A DNA stretch of 62,007 nt, taken from positions 1-62,007 of the forward strand of contig JAGHHZ010000020.1 in the NCBI GenBank assembly GCA_017887425.1. Direction: 5' to 3'. Source of the DNA: Bacilli bacterium. GTDB lineage: Bacteria > Bacillota_I > Bacilli_A > RF39 > UBA660. Within the stretch, counting starts at the first letter, position 1. The number at the start of each line of letters is the position of its first letter. Shown here piece after piece: positions 33,030 through 42,403 of the stretch. Below the pieces are notes generated by a model that was not told the DNA's origin, did no database searches, and saw only the letters and a program-made list of their open reading frames with translations. The position numbers were made by a program, and so were the translations under genes.

Positions 33030-33136
33030 AAATTAGGGTAGTGTTTCATTATATAGCAATTGTAGTTGGAAGGAGGATTTTTAAACTTCATTAAATTAAC
33101 TTGAAACATTATTCATTAGAAGTTTAAGGAGGATTT
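33030..33136 (+). promoter_or_regulatory. Long, potentially pseudoknotted 5' leader of the SPFH operon
   Basis: -10 TATAAT at 33023; pairings 33039-48/33102-11 and 33082-89/33119-26 next to the RBS. Confidence 0.35.
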
Positions 33137-34357
33137 ATGGGATTTATTAAAGCTTTTGCAGGTTCACTAGGAGGAACTTTTGCAGATCAATGGAAAGATT
33201 TTTATGCACCAAGACAAGACATTCCTGAAACAGCTGCTTTATTTCAAGCAGTACCACAAGGTGAGAATGCTGGACGTGGAGAAAATACTAAAGGTAGTGA
33301 AAACATAATTAGTAATGGTAGTAAAATTATTGTGCCAGAAGGAACTGCCTTAATTACTATTCAAGATGGAGCAATTACAGGATGTATTGCTGAACCGGGA
33401 GGATTTATTTTTAATTCAGAAGACCCTAACTCACAATCTATGTTTGCAGGTGATGGTATCTTTGGTCAAACTATTAAACAAACTTGGGAAAGATTTAAAT
33501 TTGGTGGTCAACCGGGTTCTCAACAATTAGCATTTTATGTTAATTTGAAAGAAATACCAAATAATAAATTTGGAACTCAATCAGAAATATATTGGGATGA
33601 TGCTTATTTTGGTACACAAGTAGGATGTGTAACAAGAGGTACTTATACTTTAAAAATAGTGGATCCATTATTGTTTGTTAAAAATTTTGTACCAGCTAAA
33701 TATGTACAACCAGGGGCTCCAGCATTTGATTTTGCTGATATGGATAATGATGCAGGAACACAATTATTTAATGAAGTTGTAAGTACTTTATCTGCTGCAT
33801 TTTCTAATTATACAAACGATCCAAGTAAAGGAAATCGTATATCTAAAATTCAAGGTGATCAAATCGGTTTTGCACAAGCAATGGCTAAAGCTGTTGAAGA
33901 TGCATATCAATGGAAATCATCTCGTGGTCTTGAAATTGTCAAAACAGCTATTCTTGCTATCGAATATGACGATGATACTAAAGCATTAATGAGTGATGTT
34001 AAGAAAGCTGATGCTTTATCTGGTGCTCGTGGCAATGCATTTATGCAACAAGCAGCTGCTCGTGGAATTCAATCAGCTGGTGAAAACGGTGGTGGAGCTG
34101 GTATGGCTTTCATGGGAATGGGTATGAATGCTGCTGGCGGTATGATGGGTGCAATGCAACAACAACCAACACAATCAAGCTATCAGCCAGCATTTGGTCA
34201 AACAAATCAACAACCACAACCAAATCAAGCAAATCAACAACAAGCCACTACACAAGATCCAACAACTAAATTGTTAGAAATGAAAAAACTTCTTGATGCT
34301 GGAGCAATTACTCAAGAAGATTATGACAAAATAAAAGCACAATTATTGGGGTTATAA
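33137..34357 (+). CDS. SPFH-like (YdjI/virion-core-like) protein with Gln-rich linker and C-terminal SHOCT motif
   Basis: ISNGSKIIVPEG, KEIPNNKFGT, KKLLDAGAITQEDYDKIKAQLL. Confidence 0.85.
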   Translation: MGFIKAFAGSLGGTFADQWKDFYAPRQDIPETAALFQAVPQGENAGRGENTKGSENIISNGSKIIVPEGTALITIQDGAITGCIAEPGGFIFNSEDPNSQSMFAGDGIFGQTIKQTWERFKFGGQPGSQQLAFYVNLKEIPNNKFGTQSEIYWDDAYFGTQVGCVTRGTYTLKIVDPLLFVKNFVPAKYVQPGAPAFDFADMDNDAGTQLFNEVVSTLSAAFSNYTNDPSKGNRISKIQGDQIGFAQAMAKAVEDAYQWKSSRGLEIVKTAILAIEYDDDTKALMSDVKKADALSGARGNAFMQQAAARGIQSAGENGGGAGMAFMGMGMNAAGGMMGAMQQQPTQSSYQPAFGQTNQQPQPNQANQQQATTQDPTTKLLEMKKLLDAGAITQEDYDKIKAQLLGL

Positions 34358-34360
34358 AAA

Positions 34361-35842
34361 ATGAAGGATAATTATAATGAAAATATAACTCCTTCAAATA
34401 ATCAAAATACAACAATAATTCAAACTGATACAGATGGTAAAATCGGTCAAGATAAATGTCCAAAATGTGGTGCGACAGATATTTCTATGAATACCAATAC
34501 TGGTCGTTTAAGATGTAACTTTTGTAGATACGAATTTGAACCAGAAAAACTAGAAGGTATGGATAATGATATCAGTCAATTACAAGGTCAAGTAATTGGC
34601 TCTGGAGCAACAGATATAGTTGCTGATACTGCTGATATTTTAACTTTTAAATGTAGTAGTTGTGGCGCTGAAGTTGTAATTGATACAAGTGAAGCTAGTC
34701 AAGCTCGTTGCCATTGGTGTAGAAATACTTTATCTATTAATCAACAAATACCAAACGGAAGCATTCCTGATGTTGTTTTACCATTTAAGATAAAAAAAGA
34801 AGATGCTAAAGTAGAAATCGAAAAGTTTGTTGGTAAAAGAAAGTTTTTTGCTCATCCTAAATTTAAAGAAGAATTTACTACAAATAATATTATGGGAGTT
34901 TATTTTCCTTATATGGTTGTCGATGTTAACGCTCATGCAAAGTTAGTCGGCCAAGGAGAACATTTAGTAAGAAGATATACAAGGGGTAGTGGAAATGATC
35001 GTAAGACATATTATGATGCTGATCTTTATGATGTCGAACGAGAATTTGATTTAACTATTGATGATTTGACTGTCGAGTCTAGTTCAGATAAATTAGATAA
35101 AAAATCCGATGATAAAACGACAAATGTTATTAATGCTATTATGCCGTTTGATACTGAAAATGCTGTAAAATGGAATGCTAATTATTTAAGAGGCTTTACA
35201 TCAGAAAAAAGAGATACTAATATTGAGCAATTAAAAGGGTTAGTAGAAACTCAATCAAAAGATATCACAAGATTTGCAGCTAATGAAACATTAGGACAAT
35301 ATGATCGTGGTGTCGCTTGGTCAAGTGAACAATTAGATGTTAAAGGTCAACAATGGAAAGCAGCCTATTTACCAGTGTGGTTATATAGCTATCAACAAGT
35401 AAAAGGAGATAAGAAGGTATTACATTATGTTGCTGTAAACGCTAGAACTAAAGAAGTGATGGGGAGTGTCCCAATCCATATGCCTAAATTATTTTTAATA
35501 TCTTTTCTAGTTGAATTGTTAGGTATAATCGCAATGTTATTTGTTGATTTTGATTATAGTTGGCTATTCTTATCAGCAGGATTTATTTACTTTTTTGTAA
35601 TATATGCTAAATATCGTAATCAAGGAGCAAGACATAAACATGAATTAGAAACAAAAAGAAATTATTCTAACTTGCGAAAAGTCGATAGGTTAGTTAAAAG
35701 AAGAACTGGTCTTACTAATTCGCGAATGTCTGGAGCTAATAACAATAGTGTTAGTGGTCAAAGTTTTGGAGAAAGATTTTTTGATAATTTAACTGATGAT
35801 CCAGCAGTTAATATAGTTAAAAACAATATTAATAAAAATTAA
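34361..35842 (+). CDS. Zn-ribbon membrane protein (YdjG-like)
   Basis: CPKCG, CNFC, CSSCG, CHWC; YLPVW; C-terminal TMs. Confidence 0.8.
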   Translation: MKDNYNENITPSNNQNTTIIQTDTDGKIGQDKCPKCGATDISMNTNTGRLRCNFCRYEFEPEKLEGMDNDISQLQGQVIGSGATDIVADTADILTFKCSSCGAEVVIDTSEASQARCHWCRNTLSINQQIPNGSIPDVVLPFKIKKEDAKVEIEKFVGKRKFFAHPKFKEEFTTNNIMGVYFPYMVVDVNAHAKLVGQGEHLVRRYTRGSGNDRKTYYDADLYDVEREFDLTIDDLTVESSSDKLDKKSDDKTTNVINAIMPFDTENAVKWNANYLRGFTSEKRDTNIEQLKGLVETQSKDITRFAANETLGQYDRGVAWSSEQLDVKGQQWKAAYLPVWLYSYQQVKGDKKVLHYVAVNARTKEVMGSVPIHMPKLFLISFLVELLGIIAMLFVDFDYSWLFLSAGFIYFFVIYAKYRNQGARHKHELETKRNYSNLRKVDRLVKRRTGLTNSRMSGANNNSVSGQSFGERFFDNLTDDPAVNIVKNNINKN

Positions 35843-35898
35843 AGTCAAACATTTAAGTTTGACTTTTTTTATATAAAAAACTAACAAAAATTGTTAGT

Positions 35899-36516
35899 TT
35901 AGATTTTGCGATACAAACCAATAGCTTTACCTAAAATTGTCACATTATTCATAATAAAAGGTTCCATTGTATCATTTTCTGGTTGTAATCTAATATAGCC
36001 ATCTTCCTTATAAAATGTTTTTAAAGTAACTTCATTATCTTCGGTCATTGCTACAACAATTTCACCATTATTAGCAGTATTTTTTCTTTCAACAATAACA
36101 ATATCGCCGTCTAAAATACCTGCATTAATCATACTTTCACCATCAACTAATAGAGTAAAAACTTCTTTGTTTTTTGGAATTAGATAAGAAGGTAAACTAA
36201 AAAATTCATCTGGTCTTTCAATTGCTTCAATTGGATTACCAGCGGTAATTTTACCTAATAGAGGAACTTCTGTAATTAGTTCATTTTTAACTTCATATTC
36301 ATTATCAACCAAAATTTCAATCGTTCTATTTTTACTGTCTTCTTTTCTAATATATCCTTTTTTTTCTAAATTATTTAAATGTACTTGAACGGTTGCAGTA
36401 CTTGATAGATCCATTTCTTTACATAATTCTCTAACTGTTGGTGCATATCCGTGCTTGACAATATACTGTTTAATTTTGTCTAATAGTTTTTCTTGCTGAT
36501 TAGTAAGTTTTTCCAT
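35899..36516 (-). CDS. lexA: SOS repressor LexA
   Basis: PTVRELC, GKITAG cleavage site, GESMINAGI, VTLK. Confidence 0.96.
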   Translation of the reverse strand: MEKLTNQQEKLLDKIKQYIVKHGYAPTVRELCKEMDLSSTATVQVHLNNLEKKGYIRKEDSKNRTIEILVDNEYEVKNELITEVPLLGKITAGNPIEAIERPDEFFSLPSYLIPKNKEVFTLLVDGESMINAGILDGDIVIVERKNTANNGEIVVAMTEDNEVTLKTFYKEDGYIRLQPENDTMEPFIMNNVTILGKAIGLYRKI

Positions 36517-36545
36517 TCTAAAACCTCCTTTAACATCATATTTAC

Positions 36546-36633
36546 ATTTTAACACACAAATATACATTTGTCAAACAAATTTTCGGTTTTTAATCAAAAA
36601 ACGCTTGACACGAATTTATGTTCGTGATATGAT
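36546..36633. promoter_or_regulatory. Divergent sigma-A promoters with SOS-box-like operators
   Basis: Minus: TTGACA(36574-69)-N17-TAAAAT with CAAAT-ATAC-ATTTG in the spacer; plus: TTGACA(36605)-N17-TATGAT with CGAAT-TTAT-GTTCG in the spacer; CAAAC-AAAT-TTTCG between them. Confidence 0.8.
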
Positions 36634-36656
36634 TGAATCATGAAAGGAATGGTGCT

Positions 36657-36845
36657 ATGGAATATTATACGATTAATGACATCAAAATTTTAACGGGATA
36701 TAATGAAAAGCAAATACGACTGATAATTAAAAAGCTAAACGACGAAGTGCTAGAAAAATATAAAAACAATAAAATAAAACCGTTATTATTTGTAGATAAG
36801 ATTGAAAAAAATTATTTTTTAAAAAGAATGGAGATTGAATTATGA
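36657..36845 (+). CDS. Small HTH-like protein (DUF3173/excisionase-like), LexA-divergent
   Basis: YYTINDIKILTGYNEKQIRLIIKKLN; RBS GAAAGGA. Confidence 0.6.
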   Translation: MEYYTINDIKILTGYNEKQIRLIIKKLNDEVLEKYKNNKIKPLLFVDKIEKNYFLKRMEIEL

Positions 36846-36982
36846 AAGAAATGTTAAAAAGTAAAACTATTATTGCCTTTATTGTTATTGTCTTAGGACT
36901 TGCTTTAATAAGTACTCCTAGTACCAAACTAGAAAATAATCAAGAATTTAATGAAGAACATATTTCTGCTAACTTAAAATAA
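36842..36982 (+). CDS. 46-aa single-TM peptide, candidate SOS cell-division inhibitor (not in ORF track)
   Basis: MKEMLKSKTIIAFIVIVLGLALISTPSTKLENNQEFNEEHISANLK; ATGA overlap with the upstream gene. Confidence 0.65.
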   Translation: MKEMLKSKTIIAFIVIVLGLALISTPSTKLENNQEFNEEHISANLK

Positions 36983-37001
36983 CTTTAGAATACATCTAAA
37001 G

Positions 37002-37427
37002 TTATTTTGCTATTTTACTAGGAAAAGGAATTATTTTTTTTACCTTCGTTTCTTCATCATAAACATAATGATATAAAGATTGAATAATACTTATCATTTG
37101 TTCTTCTGTTAAGTTAGTTAAATAAAACAACGCTTGAACTTTACTAACTTTTTTGTCTAATAAATAAAAGTTAGGAAAATCAAATTGAATTTCAGTTATA
37201 ACTTCAGTAACAGTTGTTTTTTTACCTCGTTTATGTTTATTAGTTTGAAATAAAAAATGAGTTGGTAAATTATTTTTTTCCAATTCCTTTAAAATTAAAC
37301 TATTAACTGCATAATTTTCTTTATACTTTCGATAAATAGTAGGAAAAACATTTTTTAAAAATATTTGCATCATTTTGTCGTCGTCTTCAAATCGCAGTTC
37401 TTCAATTGGTATTAAATAATATTTCAT
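37002..37427 (-). CDS. Hypothetical protein
   Basis: 141-aa ORF, RBS AAGGAG. Confidence 0.65.
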   Translation of the reverse strand: MKYYLIPIEELRFEDDDKMMQIFLKNVFPTIYRKYKENYAVNSLILKELEKNNLPTHFLFQTNKHKRGKKTTVTEVITEIQFDFPNFYLLDKKVSKVQALFYLTNLTEEQMISIIQSLYHYVYDEETKVKKIIPFPSKIAK

Positions 37428-37435
37428 AATTCTCC

Positions 37436-38038
37436 TTAATTAAGTATTTTTTTAATTTCTTTTTTAGCTTTGCTTTTAGCTTTTCTAAATACTTTTTTTC
37501 TAATTCTTTTACTAAAAATACAAACAATTATAATAATAATCAAAACTATTCCGCCAATAATATAGTAAGTATGATAAGAAGTATCTTGCCACATTCCTAC
37601 TTGATTATTTTTAGCTATTAATTCACTTGCTTCTAATGTTGTTAAATATTTATAATCGCCATAAATATAATCAACTTGTCCTAAACCTTGTTGGATTATT
37701 AAATCTTGTAATAATTTATCATCGACAAATACCCAAACTAAATGTCTGTCGTATTTATCTAACTTATCACTATTTTCATCATATTCTATTTCGATTTTAT
37801 TAGCATTTGTTAATAAATCACAAGTATAATTGCTAGCTTCTTTACCGAACGGTTCGATTTCATTGGTTGATTCAGGAGTGTCGATTGCTAAAAATCTTGT
37901 CTTTATTTCTTCACCATCCAGAATAAACCATGCTGTATCACCATCGACACATTTGCTTAAAGTGACCTCGATTTTCTCACTTGCTTCAGCATTTGTTATA
38001 AATAACAAACTTATTATTATTCCAAATATTATTTTCAC
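37436..38038 (-). CDS. Thermonuclease (SNase-like) with signal peptide and C-terminal TM
   Basis: CVDGDT, RFLAIDTPE, DKYDRHLVWV. Confidence 0.9.
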   Translation of the reverse strand: MKIIFGIIISLLFITNAEASEKIEVTLSKCVDGDTAWFILDGEEIKTRFLAIDTPESTNEIEPFGKEASNYTCDLLTNANKIEIEYDENSDKLDKYDRHLVWVFVDDKLLQDLIIQQGLGQVDYIYGDYKYLTTLEASELIAKNNQVGMWQDTSYHTYYIIGGIVLIIIIIVCIFSKRIRKKVFRKAKSKAKKEIKKILN

Positions 38039-38124
38039 ACTAACCACCAATAACATTATATCACTAAAACTTTACAAATAATCGTAAAAATGCTATAATT
38101 ACACAGTTGATTGGGAGTGGAATT

Positions 38125-39936
38125 ATGGAGAAAATAAGAAATATAGCAATTATTGCCCATGTTGACCATGGTAAGACAACTTTGGTTGACAAATTATTGC
38201 AAGCTTCAGGAACGTTTAGAGAAAATGAAAATGTTGCTGATTTATCAATGGATTCAAATGATTTAGAGAAAGAAAGAGGAATAACAATTTTAGCTAAAAC
38301 AACAGCTATTAATTATGATGGATATCGTATTAATATTTTAGATACACCGGGTCATGCTGATTTTGGCGGTGAAGTTGAACGAATCATGAATATGGTTGAA
38401 GGAGTGTTATTAGTAGTTGATGCTTATGAAGGAACAATGCCACAAACTAGATTTGTTTTAAAAAAAGCTTTAGAAGCAGGAGTAACACCAATTGTAGTTG
38501 TTAATAAAATTGATAAGCCATCAGCTCGACCTAAAGAAGTAGTTGATGAAGTACTAGACTTATTTATCGAATTAGGAGCAGATATTGATCAATTAGATTT
38601 TCCGGTTGTTTATGCATCTGCTTTAGCTGGAACTTCTAGTATTTATCCAGAAATTGAAAAACAAGAAAAAACAATGGTCCCAATTTTAGAAGCAATTATT
38701 AATTATATACCGGCCCCTAATGCTTCATTAGATGGTGGTTTTCAATTCCAACCAGCTTTATTAGATTATAATGATTTTGTTGGAAGAATTGGTATTGGTC
38801 GTGTTAAAAGAGGAAAAGCTAAAGTTGGGGAAATGGTTACTTGTATCAGAAGAGATGGGACAACTAAACAATTTAGAATTCAAAAAATGTATGGATTTTT
38901 AGGACTAAAGAGAATTGAAATAAACGAAGCTAATGCTGGTGAAATTGTTGCTATAGCAGGATTACCAGATATCGAAGTAGGGGAAACAGTTTGCACAATT
39001 GGACAGGAAGAAGCTCTACCTTTACTTAAAATAGATGAACCAACTTTACAAATGACATTTGGAGTTAATACCAGTCCATTTTGTGGTAAAGAAGGTAAAA
39101 TTTTAACCGCTCGTAAGATTGAAGAAAGATTATATAAGGAAACAGAAAGAGATGTTTCTTTGAAAGTTGAACCTAATGATAATGAATCGTTTATTGTATC
39201 AGGTCGTGGTGAGTTACATTTATCAATTTTGATTGAAAATATGCGCCGTGAAGGTTTTGAATTACAAGTTTCTAAACCACAAGTAATAACTAAGGAAATC
39301 GATGGTGTTATGTGTGAGCCATTTGAAGATGTTTTAATAGAAGTACCAGAAGAATATGTCGGATCAGTTATCGAGGCGATTGGTAATCGTGAAGGTGAAA
39401 TGGTTAATATGACCAATCGTGAGAACCAAGTGAGATTAAATTATATTGTTCCTTCGAGAGGATTAATTGGCTTTATGACAGAATTTATGACGATGACTAA
39501 AGGATACGGCATTATTAATCATACTTTTAAAGAGTATCGTAAATTAGCAGGATCTAAAGTTGGTCAAAGAAAACAAGGCGTTTTAGTATCGATGGAAAAT
39601 GGTAAGGCTACAGCATATGCATTAGGTCAATTAGAAGATAGAGGAGTTATGTTTATTGAACCTGGTGCGGAAGTTTATGAAGGAATGATTGTTGGAGAAA
39701 ATAATCACGACAATGATTTAGCTGTCAATGTTGTTAAAGGAAAAAAACTAACTAATACTCGTGCTAGTGGCAGTGATCATACCGTTGTTTTAAAAAGACC
39801 GCGCCAATTAAGTTTGGAAGTTTGTCTAGATTATATTAATAATGATGAATTAGTTGAAGTAACACCTTTAAGTTATCGTTTGAGAAAGAAGATACTTAAT
39901 ACTGAATTAAGAAAAAAAGCAGATAGTAAAAAATGA
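38125..39936 (+). CDS. typA: Translational GTPase TypA/BipA
   Basis: IAHVDHGKTT, GRGELHL, EVTP. Confidence 0.96.
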   Translation: MEKIRNIAIIAHVDHGKTTLVDKLLQASGTFRENENVADLSMDSNDLEKERGITILAKTTAINYDGYRINILDTPGHADFGGEVERIMNMVEGVLLVVDAYEGTMPQTRFVLKKALEAGVTPIVVVNKIDKPSARPKEVVDEVLDLFIELGADIDQLDFPVVYASALAGTSSIYPEIEKQEKTMVPILEAIINYIPAPNASLDGGFQFQPALLDYNDFVGRIGIGRVKRGKAKVGEMVTCIRRDGTTKQFRIQKMYGFLGLKRIEINEANAGEIVAIAGLPDIEVGETVCTIGQEEALPLLKIDEPTLQMTFGVNTSPFCGKEGKILTARKIEERLYKETERDVSLKVEPNDNESFIVSGRGELHLSILIENMRREGFELQVSKPQVITKEIDGVMCEPFEDVLIEVPEEYVGSVIEAIGNREGEMVNMTNRENQVRLNYIVPSRGLIGFMTEFMTMTKGYGIINHTFKEYRKLAGSKVGQRKQGVLVSMENGKATAYALGQLEDRGVMFIEPGAEVYEGMIVGENNHDNDLAVNVVKGKKLTNTRASGSDHTVVLKRPRQLSLEVCLDYINNDELVEVTPLSYRLRKKILNTELRKKADSKK

Positions 39937-39955
39937 ACCACTAAATTGTGGTTTT

Positions 39956-40297
39956 TTATTGAAAGAAAACAGGTCCATTTTGTTTAGTTACATTATTAGC
40001 TTCTACTTTAACAGTTTGATTTGCCTGATTATTTTTAATCTCGTTAACTACATTTGGTTGAGGTGAGTCAACCTTTTTAAATTCGTTCATAACGCGAAAC
40101 ATTGTTTTGGCGTTATTGATAACTGGGCCAGCTTGTTTAATAATCGGAATGGCTTGATTAACTATTCCTAAAGTTTTTTGAGTACCACTTAAAATCGAAC
40201 TCCACTTGATTCCACCAAACAAAGAGCGCAATCCGCCTCGAGCAACAGGGGAAAAAGTAGTATAAGGAATACCAGTATAGTAAGGATAATAATTCAT
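39956..40297 (-). CDS. VrrA/YqfQ-like protein
   Basis: QKTLGIVNQAIPIIKQAGPVINN; Y/P-rich N-terminus. Confidence 0.65.
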   Translation of the reverse strand: MNYYPYYTGIPYTTFSPVARGGLRSLFGGIKWSSILSGTQKTLGIVNQAIPIIKQAGPVINNAKTMFRVMNEFKKVDSPQPNVVNEIKNNQANQTVKVEANNVTKQNGPVFFQ

Positions 40298-40418
40298 AAT
40301 TTATCCTCCTTTCAAAAATATTATATGATTTTATAAAAAAAAGTTTTACATTTTGAAAAAATATGGTATAATCATTATAGTAAAAAGAATAGCAAGAGGG
40401 AATGTGTGGTGATATACT

Positions 40419-42392
40419 TTGAACAAACCTAGATATTTGTTGCCATTTATTTATGTTTATCGAATGGTTCGTTTTTTGTTGCTAGTTATCATTAAAGTAT
40501 TTAAGTATATCAATGTTGGCTTTTTTATAACATTGTTTACTTTAATAGATGTCGTTATTACTGCAATATATTATTTTGTAAAGTTTGTTTTAATAGGATT
40601 TTTATGCCTATCAGTTTTTGTCTATAAAACACTTAGGTATACTCTTATTGGATTTGTAGTTATTTCAAGAATCTTATATCGTTTTATTAGATACGTTGCT
40701 TTTGGAATAGCTTTCCCATTTGTTTTAATTGCAAGAGCATTTATCAAACTAAATGAAATAAACGAGAAGATGTTGGCTAAACAACAATTAGAACAAGAAA
40801 AAAGAGCTGCCGCTCGTGAACGCAATAGACAGATTAGAGAAGAAAATAGAAAACGTTTAGAAGAGCTAAAAATTAAAGAAAAAGAACGAGAAGAACAAAG
40901 AAAACAAGAAAGAAGAGAAGCTCGCGAAAAAGAAAAACAGAGAACCAAAGCAGATATTTATATTAATGAAAATGTCACTTTAGAGAAAAAAGGGTTTAAA
41001 GATTATATAAATGATGCTTTCTTAGCAATTGGTCAAATACCATCAAAAATTAAAAATTTATTTACTAATAATCGTTTTGTTAAAAATGCTAAAAATAAAA
41101 AGGATATTAACCGACAAGCTTTATTACTTGATTTTGAAGGTGCCGACGCTGAAAAAAGTGAAGAAAAAATCATGTATAAATATGTTGCTAAAAATCCAGA
41201 AGGGAAGATAATTAAAGGATATTTCCCAGCTTACTCAAAAGTTGAAGTTCATTCATTCTTATTAAGTGAAGGTAATGAAGTATATAGTATCGAAACTAAT
41301 AAATGGATTCAAAGAATATATGGTAATCCAAATAGAATGAATAAAGCTAAAATTAAAACAAGAGATTTGATTTTCTTCTGTACTCAGTTATCGACTTATG
41401 TTAAGGCTGGTATCACTTTAGTAGAATCATTAAAAATACTATCTCATCAATTTAAAAATAAAACTTATTCGAGAATTTTTAGAACGATGATTTATGATTT
41501 ATCGATGGGAGATAATTTCTCAACTGCGATGGATAAACAGGGTGATGCTTTCCCACGACTATTGATCAATATGGTTAAAACATCAGAAATGACCGGTGAA
41601 TTACCAGAAGTTTTAGATAATATGGCAGACTATTTTACTGAAACTGATAAGACAAGAAGACAAATGATTACAGCAATGACTTATCCAACAATTATTTTCA
41701 TTTTTGCAATTGCTGCAGTTATATTCATAATGGTATATGTCGTTCCACAATTCGTTCGAATTTATGAGGGAATTGATGGTGCAACTATTCCAGGTATAAC
41801 AATATTTGTTATGAACTTAAGTGCCTTTTTACAACATAATTATTTATATTTAATTATTGGTGTTGCTTTATTTATTTTAGTATTTGTTTACTTATATCAA
41901 AATATCAAAGCCTTTAAAACCTTTGTTCAATGGACTGTTATGCATATGCCAGTATTTGGGAAAGTCGTTATATATAATGAAGTTACAATGTTTACCAAAA
42001 CTTTTGCTTCATTGTTAGCCCATAACGTTTTCATTACTGATAGTATGGAAATATTGAATAAGATGACTAATAATGAAATATATAAAATGCTTATTCTTGA
42101 TACGATAACAAATTTAGCAAAAGGTGAAAGAATTTCCTTAGCATTTAAAGATCATTGGGCATTCCCAGTACCTGCCTATGAAATGATTACAACTGGTGAA
42201 AGAACTGGTCAATTAGCCGAAATGATGGAAAAAGTATCTGCATATTATCAAGAATTACACCGTAACGCTGTTACGAGAATTAAAACATTCGTCGAACCAT
42301 TTATGATTTTATTCTTAACTTTTGTAGTTGGCGGTATTGTTTTATCAATCGTTATTCCAATGTTTAGCTACTACGGTTCAATCAATGTTTAA
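40419..42392 (+). CDS. pilC: Type IV pilus platform protein (PilC/T2SS-F family) with long N-terminal extension
   Basis: QLSTYVKAGITLVESL, SEMTGEL, AMTYP, GERTGQL, FVEP. Confidence 0.9.
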   Translation: MNKPRYLLPFIYVYRMVRFLLLVIIKVFKYINVGFFITLFTLIDVVITAIYYFVKFVLIGFLCLSVFVYKTLRYTLIGFVVISRILYRFIRYVAFGIAFPFVLIARAFIKLNEINEKMLAKQQLEQEKRAAARERNRQIREENRKRLEELKIKEKEREEQRKQERREAREKEKQRTKADIYINENVTLEKKGFKDYINDAFLAIGQIPSKIKNLFTNNRFVKNAKNKKDINRQALLLDFEGADAEKSEEKIMYKYVAKNPEGKIIKGYFPAYSKVEVHSFLLSEGNEVYSIETNKWIQRIYGNPNRMNKAKIKTRDLIFFCTQLSTYVKAGITLVESLKILSHQFKNKTYSRIFRTMIYDLSMGDNFSTAMDKQGDAFPRLLINMVKTSEMTGELPEVLDNMADYFTETDKTRRQMITAMTYPTIIFIFAIAAVIFIMVYVVPQFVRIYEGIDGATIPGITIFVMNLSAFLQHNYLYLIIGVALFILVFVYLYQNIKAFKTFVQWTVMHMPVFGKVVIYNEVTMFTKTFASLLAHNVFITDSMEILNKMTNNEIYKMLILDTITNLAKGERISLAFKDHWAFPVPAYEMITTGERTGQLAEMMEKVSAYYQELHRNAVTRIKTFVEPFMILFLTFVVGGIVLSIVIPMFSYYGSINV

Positions 42393-42403
42393 GGGGGATA
42401 ACA

